Below, piece after piece: positions 10,050 through 23,545 of a stretch of 23,545 nucleotides of DNA. The notes beneath the pieces are model-generated. The model did no database searches, was not told where the DNA came from, and worked only from the letters and a program-made list of their open reading frames with translations. The position numbers and the translations under genes were made by a program. This DNA comes from Eledone cirrhosa. Taxonomy: Eukaryota. How positions within the stretch are numbered: the stretch's first letter is position 1; the number at the start of each line of letters is the position of its first letter. The stretch spans positions 1 to 23,545 of the forward strand of contig CAXHJY010001520.1 in the NCBI GenBank assembly GCA_964016885.1. The letters run 5' to 3'.

Positions 10050-13000
10050 TCAGGATTTGGGCACCATGGCCCATTCGAGAAGAGAATTACTGTTTGCGGA
10101 GACATATCCGGGTGTGGGTGGTTTGTCCGGGATTACTTGGAGGAATTTGTCCAAAGACTTCTTGAATTTTGTGTGGTCAGTTTCTGTTTTGACGTGTCCT
10201 GGTGTGATGTTGAAGAGAGCAGGGCCGATTGAGGTGAAATAATTGTGCCGTATTGTTGTTATGAGTTGCGATTTAGATTTTTGAATGGGACGGATAGCAC
10301 GGGGCCCAAGCCTTGGGTGTATCTTGAAGGCGATGCCAACATCATTTGGGCAGTGATGATGGAACATTTTCCACATCATGCAGATAATATAACGCTCACG
10401 GCGACGTTGGAGTGAGTAAAGTTTCAGGTTTTCCAATCGACCCCAGTAGTCAAGGTCTGACATGCCATCTATCTTTTTCGTGATTGCCCTTTGAGGAGCT
10501 TCAAGTTTCATGATACTTTGTTTCGTGTGGGGAGACCACAGTGGACAACAGTATTCAAGGTGTGGTCGGGCGAAAGTAGAGAAGAGAAGGATAATGGTGC
10601 GGGAATCTCTCGACTGGAAGGTTCTGAGGATCCAGGAACACATTCTGCGGGCCATGTCAACTTTGCTGCTTATATGCGTGGTCCAGCTTATGTTGCTGTC
10701 CACGGTTACTCCCAAGTCTCTGATGTTGTTTGATGCCACGAGAGTTTCCCCGGAGGGAAGGGAGTACGGGAGTTTCAGAGCATCCTCTTTTCCAAAGTGG
10801 ATCAGTTCGAATTTGTCTTCGTTCAGTAACATGTTGTTCTTTTCTGCCCATTGGGTAACAGCCAGTAGGTCTGACTGAAGGCTTATCCGGTCATCCACGC
10901 CATTGATGACCTTTTGGAGCTTGGAATCATCAGCGAAAATTTTAATGTTGCTGTGTTTGATGATGTCAGTGATGTCATTAATATAGATGATGAAGAGAAG
11001 TGGGCCCAACACAGTGCCTTGTGGGACTCCACTACTGACTTTGGCTGGGCTTGATTTGACTCCCTCAACTACAACATGTTGGGTTCTGTTTGACAGGAAG
11101 CTCTTGATCCACTGCAGCAGCTTTCCAGTGACACCAATATTGGACAGCTTTCTCAGTAGAATGTTATGATCAACCCTGTCAAAGGCCTTGCTGAAATCAA
11201 GGTAGATAACATCAGTGTTGGAACCCTCTCCCAAGGCTCTCAAAATGTCATCAAAGTGATGCAGTAGTTGCGTCAGGCAATCCCTTCCATTACGGAATCC
11301 ATGCTGGTTGGAGTTCAGCATATTGTTACTCTCAAGGAAGTGGGTCATTCGCGATCTCACCACTCGCTCAAATACCTTAATGATATGAGAGGTGAGTGAG
11401 ATTGGACGGTAATTCACGGCAAGGGATTTGTTTCCCTTTTTGAAAACTGGGACAACAGACTGGGATAGAAGGTTTTCTGGCACATATCCAGCATCCAGTG
11501 AGTTCCGCCACAGATTGGCAAGAGGAGAAGCAAGTTGGTGTTGACACGCCTTCAAGACACAAGCAGGGAACCTATCGGGACCTACTGCTGAATTATGCTT
11601 GATTTCCTTTATTGCCGCCAAGACATCAGGGGCGCCAAACGTTATGTCCGATAAGGTGTAATGGGGAGTAACATCGCCGATACAGCCCAGATCGGCCATA
11701 TCAGGATTGCTGAAAACAGAGCAGTATTGTTTCTGCAGTATCTCACCCATGGTTTTAGCATTGTCTTGAAGAGTGCCATTTTCATCAATTAGAGGGCCAA
11801 CAGTAGAGCCAGTGATTTTGTGTTTTTTTGCAAATGAAAAGAACACTTTGGGATTGAGTTTGATCTTCTCAATGGCCCAGGCCTCTTCAGCTCTTCTCTG
11901 ATTGTTGATGAGCGACATTATGTTGTTTTGGAGGTTATGTTTTTTAATCTCTAGTGATGAAATGGCAGTCAAGTTGATGTGTTGCTGCTGACAGTATTTC
12001 AGATTGTTGATTTTTTTGTTCGTTCTCTTAATTTTTCTGATGAGCGTTTTTCTATTTCTAGGGATTCTGCTCTTAGATTTGTTTATAGTTCTTAATGGGG
12101 TGTGTTTAGCACATATGTTTGTAACAGTGTCCACAAATGTCTGCCAGGACTTTTTGATGTTAGTGGGTGTATGAGTGTGCGTGAAGGACCAGTCGACATG
12201 TGCAAGATCATGACTGATCGCTTCCCAGTTTGCATTGTGGAAATCCATAGCGTCAAACGGATGGACAGGAGAAATGACATTGGGTTTGTATATTGGACGG
12301 TGGAATCTCAGATCACAGAGAACCATGTCATGATCAGAGAGTAGAGTTTTCTCCACTGCAATATTGTGGATATTGTCAGTGTGATTGCTGAAAATTAAGT
12401 CTAGGACGTTTTTGTGGCACCTCGTTGGTTCGAGCACTAGTTGGGATAGGAAGAAATCATCCATGAAGTCAAGAAGCGATTCCACAGCTTCCCTGTCAGA
12501 GGTTGAGGCAGAAGAACCTGGTGGCAGGGTGTTTGTGGACCAGTCAACTCCGGGGAGGTTGAAGTCCCCCATCATTAAGATGTTGTCAGGGTGACACTCT
12601 TGGATGAAACACTTTATGCTGTTGAGGCATTCCTTGAAGCATGGTACAGGCGTTTGGGGTGGCCTATAGAGCCCAACTACTAATAGGTTGTTGGTTTGAC
12701 TGAATACAGTGACTGCCTCACAGTATCCATTAGTGAATATGTTCATAGCCTCTGTTGAGAAAGAATTATGGACATAAATGGCAGTTCCGCCCTTTCTTCT
12801 GCCAGCGCGATCAGCACGGATGGCTTTGAAATTTTTCACTTTCACCTCGGCTTCCAAGTGGAGGTTACTGAGATGGGTTTCAGTGAGGACGAAGAAAGGG
12901 ATGTGGTTTGGATGGACATCAATCCAGTCCTCCAGGAATTTGATCTTCCATTTTTGAGTATTGGTGGAAGGGCTGATGCCTTGGGCGTTAAGTAAAAATG

Positions 13001-13070
13001 TAGAGGCGAGAGTGGATGGTTTTAATTGTTTTGGTGTGTTGTTAATTTGTTTGTTTGTTAATGGCAGCAA
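10050..13070 (-). CDS. LINE ORF2: apurinic-like endonuclease + reverse transcriptase (1006 aa; frame open from 13187)
   Basis: EN motifs LLNAQG, LTETHL, GGTAIYV, GLYRPP, MGDFNLP, LDLIF and SDHD. RT motifs [44 protein letters not shown] and DLGV. CR1-type C-terminus [13 protein letters not shown] / YSLQRRRER. No stops. Confidence 0.97.
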   Translation of the reverse strand: MLPLTNKQINNTPKQLKPSTLASTFLLNAQGISPSTNTQKWKIKFLEDWIDVHPNHIPFFVLTETHLSNLHLEAEVKVKNFKAIRADRAGRRKGGTAIYVHNSFSTEAMNIFTNGYCEAVTVFSQTNNLLVVGLYRPPQTPVPCFKECLNSIKCFIQECHPDNILMMGDFNLPGVDWSTNTLPPGSSASTSDREAVESLLDFMDDFFLSQLVLEPTRCHKNVLDLIFSNHTDNIHNIAVEKTLLSDHDMVLCDLRFHRPIYKPNVISPVHPFDAMDFHNANWEAISHDLAHVDWSFTHTHTPTNIKKSWQTFVDTVTNICAKHTPLRTINKSKSRIPRNRKTLIRKIKRTNKKINNLKYCQQQHINLTAISSLEIKKHNLQNNIMSLINNQRRAEEAWAIEKIKLNPKVFFSFAKKHKITGSTVGPLIDENGTLQDNAKTMGEILQKQYCSVFSNPDMADLGCIGDVTPHYTLSDITFGAPDVLAAIKEIKHNSAVGPDRFPACVLKACQHQLASPLANLWRNSLDAGYVPENLLSQSVVPVFKKGNKSLAVNYRPISLTSHIIKVFERVVRSRMTHFLESNNMLNSNQHGFRNGRDCLTQLLHHFDDILRALGEGSNTDVIYLDFSKAFDRVDHNILLRKLSNIGVTGKLLQWIKSFLSNRTQHVVVEGVKSSPAKVSSGVPQGTVLGPLLFIIYINDITDIIKHSNIKIFADDSKLQKVINGVDDRISLQSDLLAVTQWAEKNNMLLNEDKFELIHFGKEDALKLPYSLPSGETLVASNNIRDLGVTVDSNISWTTHISSKVDMARRMCSWILRTFQSRDSRTIILLFSTFARPHLEYCCPLWSPHTKQSIMKLEAPQRAITKKIDGMSDLDYWGRLENLKLYSLQRRRERYIICMMWKMFHHHCPNDVGIAFKIHPRLGPRAIRPIQKSKSQLITTIRHNYFTSIGPALFNITPGHVKTETDHTKFKKSLDKFLQVIPDKPPTPGYVSANSNSLLEWAMVPKS

Positions 13071-14049
13071 TGGGAGTTTGTGCAGTGGGGTGATAGTGGA
13101 GGGTGGTGCTGGGTGATAGCTCGAATGTTTTTTTCCAGTTCTTTTGCCAGATTCATTATGGCTAAAAAAGAGGAAGAAGTTTCCTGTTTAGAAGACTGTC
13201 GGTGACTGTGGTAGTGGTTATTTTTATGTAGGTTATGGTTTTTGTTTTTGCTTTTATTTTTAATTTTATTTTCATTTATCCGACGGGTCCCCGGGAGATG
13301 GGTAAAGGGACAATCCCGGTCTAAACACAATCTGTCTCGCAGGGAAAAACGGCAGATTTGTGGATTCCTTGTTTGAGTTATTGGTGGTTGTGTTGGTGTT
13401 AAATTAGAGTATGTATTATGGTGGTGGCTGTTTGTGGGGATAGATCGTTTTGTCCTAGGTAAATGGGTGAATTTGCAGCCACTATCCGTACATATTCTAT
13501 AGCGTAGAGAGTAGCGGCAAATGATGGGGTTTCGAGTGGGTGGGTATATGGGTGTGGGTGTTGTGAGAGGTGTAGATGATGGTTTGGGTAGGATTTGACG
13601 ACCTTTGTGGACTGTGGGAGGGAGAGTTCTTGTTCTGGTATTAGAAGGTAAATTCCTTGACATAGCAGTAGACAAAAATGTTGTAGTAGTAGTAGTAGTA
13701 GTAGGCAGAGATGTTGGCAGTGGTGATGATTGGACTGCTGGGCCAGAGAAAGGATGTGGCGTTTCATGCTGTGAGACAGAGGCTACTGGGGGGTCAATAG
13801 TTTCATTTAGTAGATCGGCCATTGTTGATGAATCAAGGAGTGGTTCACACTGTTGTTGTTGCTGTTGTTGATGTTGTTGTTGTAGCTGTTGTTGATGTTG
13901 TTGTTGTAGCTGTTGTTGTTGTTGCTGTTGTAGCTGCTGTTGTTGTTGTTGCTGCTGCTGGACAGCATTCGAAGAGAAAACACACCGTAGTTTATCCAAA
14001 TGTTTATTGATTAATTTAAAAGCAATTTCGATTTGCTTTAATTGCTTTA

Positions 14050-14050
<1 letters not shown>
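13058..14050 (-). CDS. LINE ORF1 with poly-Q, a Pro/Thr-rich linker, two C-x8-C-x4-C-x3-H zinc fingers and a C-terminal amphipathic helix; start codon uncertain
   Basis: Fingers [19 protein letters not shown] and [19 protein letters not shown]. The ORF lies immediately upstream of ORF2. The first ATG outside the microsatellite is at ~13822 (MADLL). Confidence 0.8.
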
Positions 14051-14080
<30 letters not shown>

Positions 14081-14082
14081 AG

Positions 14083-14145
<63 letters not shown>

Positions 14146-14192
14146 GTATATATATGTATATATGTATGTATATATATATATGTATATATATG

Positions 14193-14239
<47 letters not shown>

Positions 14240-14250
14240 GTATATATATG

Positions 14251-14281
<31 letters not shown>

Positions 14282-14310
14282 GTATATATATGTATATATA
14301 TATATGTATA

Positions 14311-14361
<51 letters not shown>

Positions 14362-14396
14362 GTATATATATGTATATATATATATGTATATATATG

Positions 14397-14443
<47 letters not shown>

Positions 14444-14481
14444 GTATATATATATATACATATATGTATATATATATATAT
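14051..14481. repeat. (TA)n/(TATG) microsatellite at or inside the LINE 5' end
   Basis: Read directly. Confidence 0.95.
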
Positions 14482-14600
14482 AATTAGAATTGAACAACAC
14501 CAAATATAACTACTCCATATACTTCGAAGGCTATTTCTGCAGTCCAGAAATATCGGTCGAAAACGGGTTGAGCTCTGCCGTCGGGGTTAAACTTTTTCTT

Positions 14601-20006
<5,406 letters not shown>

Positions 20007-20041
20007 GACAGGTCAACAGTACAAGAAAGGAGATTTATTTA

Positions 20042-20150
20042 CAGTCTAACAATTGTTTCACTGATAGAATTGTCTAAAAATTGCTAAACACTGAAAGAAG
20101 TGCCACTCAATTTAAAATACGTATTAGCTCCATCATATCTTCAGAGACTG
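20042..20150 (-). ncRNA. Type I hammerhead-ribozyme-like motif within a Penelope-like terminal fragment (~20007-20155)
   Basis: Minus strand: CAGUCU (stem I), CUGAAGA, UA-UGAUGGAG...UUCUAUCA-GU (stem II), GAAA, CAAUUG (palindromic stem III), UU, then AGACUG (stem I'). AATAAA follows, and then (TA)n. Confidence 0.65.
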
Positions 20151-20326
20151 ACAAAAAATATAAATATATGCGTAACCGGCAAATTTACAAATTCAAATTA
20201 CCACATCAATAATAATATTAATAATAAAAATATAGAGAGAAAAAAGGAAGGTGGATAGATATAGTAAAGAGAGAAAGGAAGGGAAGAAGAAAGACGAAGA
20301 AGGAAAAAGAAAAAGAGATAGAGAAA

Positions 20327-20327
<1 letters not shown>

Positions 20328-20378
<51 letters not shown>
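20328..20378. repeat. (AAT)n microsatellite, probable target site of the downstream element
   Basis: Read directly. Confidence 0.95.
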
Positions 20379-21579
20379 CACGCTTGCCATACCAGTAGTA
20401 ACCTACAGTTACAATGTCATCAACTGGTCAAGCACAGAGATCCGTAGGTTCGATACAAAAATTCGAAAATTCTTAACGATGCACAGAATGCATCACCCTA
20501 AGGCAGATACAGATAGAATATATCTCGCTAGGAAAGAAGGAGGACGTGGGTTAATCCAGTTAGACATTGCGTTGAAAACTGCAACAATTGGATTATCTAC
20601 ATATCTAAGGGAATCACATGATTGGATGATCAAACTCGTTTTGAAACACGAAAGCATCAAAAGATCATACTCCAATACAAAAGACGCACAAAGAAACAGT
20701 AATGGACTACACATTTCAGAAGTCCCATTTACTGCTGAAATGGAAAACACAGAAAAAGCAAAGCAGGTAAAAGTAACTGCAAAGAAAGAACTGCTACAGA
20801 AACTGGCTAAGAAATGGCAAGAAAAGCCTCTGTATGGAAAATACCCAGAACGAGCTAACAATCCTGATGTTGACAAAACTTTAACCCATCAGTGGTTGGA
20901 ATCCTCTGGACTGAAATCGGAGACTGAAGGACTGATTATATCAGCACAAGATCAGTGTCTGCCAACAAAAAATTACCAAGCCAACATAATAAAAAATGGA
21001 TGCAGCCCATTATGCCGTGTATGTAAAAAACAACCAGAGACTATTGACCATATAATTTCAATGTGCAGTCCTATAGCTCCAACCGAATACCTAAACAGGC
21101 ATGACAGAGCTGCACAATACATACATTGGATAATGTGTAAGCATTTTGACCTGCCCCATCAAAAGAATTGGTGGGAGCATCAGCCACCTCCCATACTTGA
21201 AAAAGATCACATCTCAATCTTGTGGAACTTTAGCATCCAAACAGACCGAAAAATAGATGCAAATAGACCTGATATAATATTGAAGGACTTTAAAAAGAGG
21301 GTATGCCTGCTAATTGATATGTCTGTTCCAATAGACAAGAATGTATCTATAAAAACATTTGAAAAATTGAGCAAGTATAAGGACCTGGTGATAGAAATTG
21401 GAAAAATGTGGAAATTGAGAACTAAAACAATACCAGTGGTTGTAGGCGCTCTAGGAATGATACCTAAGGGGTCTAATGATTACTTATCGCAAATCCCAGG
21501 AAACCCGCGTATAGGAGAAATACAAAAGATAGTACTAATGGGAACTGCCCATATACTAAGGAAGATTCTGTCAATATAA
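20374..21579 (+). pseudogene. C-terminal ~400 aa of an R4/Dong-type ORF: thumb/linker, CCHC knuckle and RLE nuclease; RT core missing
   Basis: Motifs RIYLARKEGGRGL, CRVCKKQPETIDHIISMC, YLNRHD, NRPDIIL, LIDMSVP, EKLSKYKDL and IPVVVGALG. The ORF-track N-terminus (MDRYS...poly-I) is flanking low-complexity DNA. Confidence 0.9.
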
Positions 21580-21718
21580 GTACATCACAAGTCTAAACAC
21601 TAAAGATGCATGTGTGAGTATGTATGTTCTTTCTTGAACATGGCGGACCTTGTTGTCTCTTGAGGTCACTGGTTGTGACTTGGTGATAACTCGTATGAAC
21701 ATAAAGTAAGATAAATGC

Positions 21719-21720
<2 letters not shown>
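20374..21720 (+). mobile_element. 5'-truncated R4/Dong-like non-LTR retrotransposon (restriction-like endonuclease class), copy A
   Basis: An uninterrupted ORF C-terminus plus a ~140-bp 3' UTR, bounded by (AAT)n on both sides. Confidence 0.85.

Positions 21721-21759
<39 letters not shown>
21719..21759. repeat. (AAT)n microsatellite between the two R4/Dong-like elements
   Basis: Read directly. Confidence 0.95.
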
Positions 21760-23545
21760 TGTTTGACAACAACCAGAAGATGCTGTTTGGACAGCTTGCG
21801 GGGAAAGAAAGAGGCAACGACTTGATCCCTGAGGCGGAACAACCTAAAACATTCTGGAGAGGAATATGGGAGCAGGGTGTTAAACATAATGACCAGGCAG
21901 TGTGGATTGAGACAGTACAGAAGGAGATTAGTGAACAGGCACACCAACAAACTGACTTGAGTATCACAGTTGAAACTCTTAAGGGGCAGGCCAAAAAACT
22001 AACCAACTGGAAATCACCAGGCCCAGATGGTGTGCAGGGGTATTGGATTAAAAATATAACAACCCTCCACCCGAAACTGACAACCATGTTCAATGACTGC
22101 TTGATGTCAGGTGAGGTACCAGAGTGGTTAACAAAAGGTACCACAGTTCTGATAATGAAGGACCGAATCAAGGGTAATGATGTTACCAACTATAGACCTA
22201 TCACATGTCTGTCCGTAATGTGGAAACTGTTGACAAGCATTATGTCTGAGGAAATCTACCATCACCTCCACACAAACAACTTGTTACGTTACTAACAGAA
22301 AGGATGCCGAAAGAAGTCCCGTGGTACAAAGGACCAGTTACTTATTGATAAGATGGTAATGAGGAATTGCAAGAGGAGACACACTGGTCTTGCCATGGGA
22401 TGGATAGACTACAAAAAGGCATTTGACATGGTGCCTCATTCTTGGATCGCCAAAAGCCTGGAGATCTTCAAGGTGGCAGATAACATCAGACAGTTGTTGG
22501 GCAAAAGTATGAAGTCCTGGGAAACAGAGTTAACATCAGCTGGAGAATCCTTCGGAGGCGTGAAGATCAAGAGAGGTATCTTCCAGGGAGATAGTCTGTC
22601 CTCTCTGTTGTTTGTCCTTGCCCTGATGCCCCTGACCATTATACTGCGAAAAGTGAGAGCAGGATACAAGTTGGGAAAGGGAGAGCTTACCATCAATCAC
22701 CCCCTCTTCATGGACGATCTTAAGCTCTTCGGGAAGAGTGAGAAGGAGTTGGATGTGCTTGTTGACACTGTCCGTATTTTCAGCAATGATATATGTATGC
22801 AATTTGGTATTAGTAAGTGTGGAGTCCTTGTGATGAAGAGGGGGTAAATTGAGCAGAAGCAACGGTATCCAGGTACCAACAGGTGATATGATAAAGGAAA
22901 TTGACTCTGAAGAAGGATACAAGTATTTGGGTGTTCTGGAGGCTGATGACATCAAGAACAAAAAAATGAAGGAATTGATAAGAACTGAATACATTCGGAG
23001 AGTAAGGAGCGTATTAAAGTCACATCTGAACAGTAGGAATGCCATAAGTGCAGTAAATTCCCGAGCTGTGTCTATTATTAGGTACAGTGCGGGAATTCTG
23101 AGATGGAATGTTGCTGAACAAAAAGAAATGGATAGGAAGACTAGGAAGCTATTGACTATCTACAACATGTTCCACAAGAGGAGTGATGTCGATAGACTCT
23201 ACTTAAGGAGATCTGAAGGTGGAAGAGGTCTTATCAGCATAGAGGACTGTGTTCAGATGGAGAAAAACAACCTACTCAAATACGTGACTGATAGTAAGGA
23301 GCCAATGCTCAGAACTGTACTGAAGGAGAGGACAATAGACCAGGGGATGTCCAAGGAGGAAATAACATCAAGGAGAAAGAGCAGCCTTCAGGAAAAATCC
23401 TTTCATAGTACCTTCTTTGAGAAAACTGAATTTAGAGATCCACAGACATGGAACTAGTTGAAAAGAGGAGACCTTAAAAAGGCTACAGAAGGAATGTTAA
23501 TGGCTGCGCAGGAGCAGGCCCTCAAAACGAAGTGGTTGAAACACC
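21759..23545 (+). pseudogene. 5'-truncated R4/Dong-like retrotransposon, copy B: disrupted RT ORF running off the window end
   Basis: Motifs [67 protein letters not shown] and RLYLRRSEGGRGL. Lesions are a TAA at 22293, a +1 G in the G-run at ~22840-22844, and a TAG at 23455. Confidence 0.92.

Larger units (their letters stand above)
9963..14050 (-). mobile_element. CR1-group non-LTR retrotransposon (LINE), near full length; 5' boundary uncertain (14050, possibly ~14600)
   Basis: ORF1 plus an intact APE/RT ORF2. The short 3' UTR has a GGCCA-ATAC-TGGCC hairpin and a terminal (TTCAAAGTTA)2 tandem tail. The element is flanked by (TA)n on both sides. Confidence 0.9.

Noticed and set aside
10057-12995. 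Short ORFs antisense to or overlapping LINE ORF2
   Set aside because: These are shadow ORFs of a long coding sequence with no recognisable motifs.
20251-20373. N-terminus MDRYSKERKEGKKK...poly-I of the 442-aa ORF, resembling an NLS plus a transmembrane helix
   Set aside because: It is a purine-rich tract and (ATA)n fortuitously in frame with a truncated retrotransposon, and it starts at GTG.
21759-23457. Three separate genes, or programmed recoding, in R4/Dong copy B
   Set aside because: They are one RT ORF broken by ordinary lesions (a likely GAA>TAA, a +1 G in a homopolymer that may be a sequencing error, and a likely TGG>TAG).

Overview
This is a repeat-saturated eukaryotic (animal) window with no complete host gene. 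The SINE family and the very long (TA)n arrays resemble octopus/cephalopod DNA, but that assignment is an inference. In order, it contains: (1) a ~2 kb (ACC)n-based minisatellite with a constant core; (2) one GC-rich candidate host exon (3596-3705); (3) three copies of a tRNA-type SINE; (4) a decayed Chapaev3-type (CMC) DNA transposon with recognisable ends (5206-6790); (5) a 91-bp inverted repeat, one arm overlapping a hammerhead-like motif, enclosing two ~0.6 kb non-autonomous RTE derivatives with an HDV-ribozyme-like 5' end; (6) a CR1-group LINE on the minus strand with an intact 1006-aa APE+RT ORF2 and an ORF1 carrying two CCCH fingers and poly-Q; (7) a ~5.4 kb TA/TTTA array with a 2000-bp internal duplication and small unique islands; (8) a well-formed hammerhead-like motif (20042-20150, minus); and (9) two 5'-truncated R4/Dong-type RLE retrotransposons, each attached to an (AAT)n tract. 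The most notable signal is in the LINE. Its ORF2 has no AUG before the endonuclease catalytic motifs and overlaps ORF1 by 130 nt in the -1 frame, and two in-phase slippery heptamers sit in that overlap. Most ORF-track entries (YIYI..., poly-V, poly-T) are microsatellite artefacts. All calls were made by eye, without database searches.
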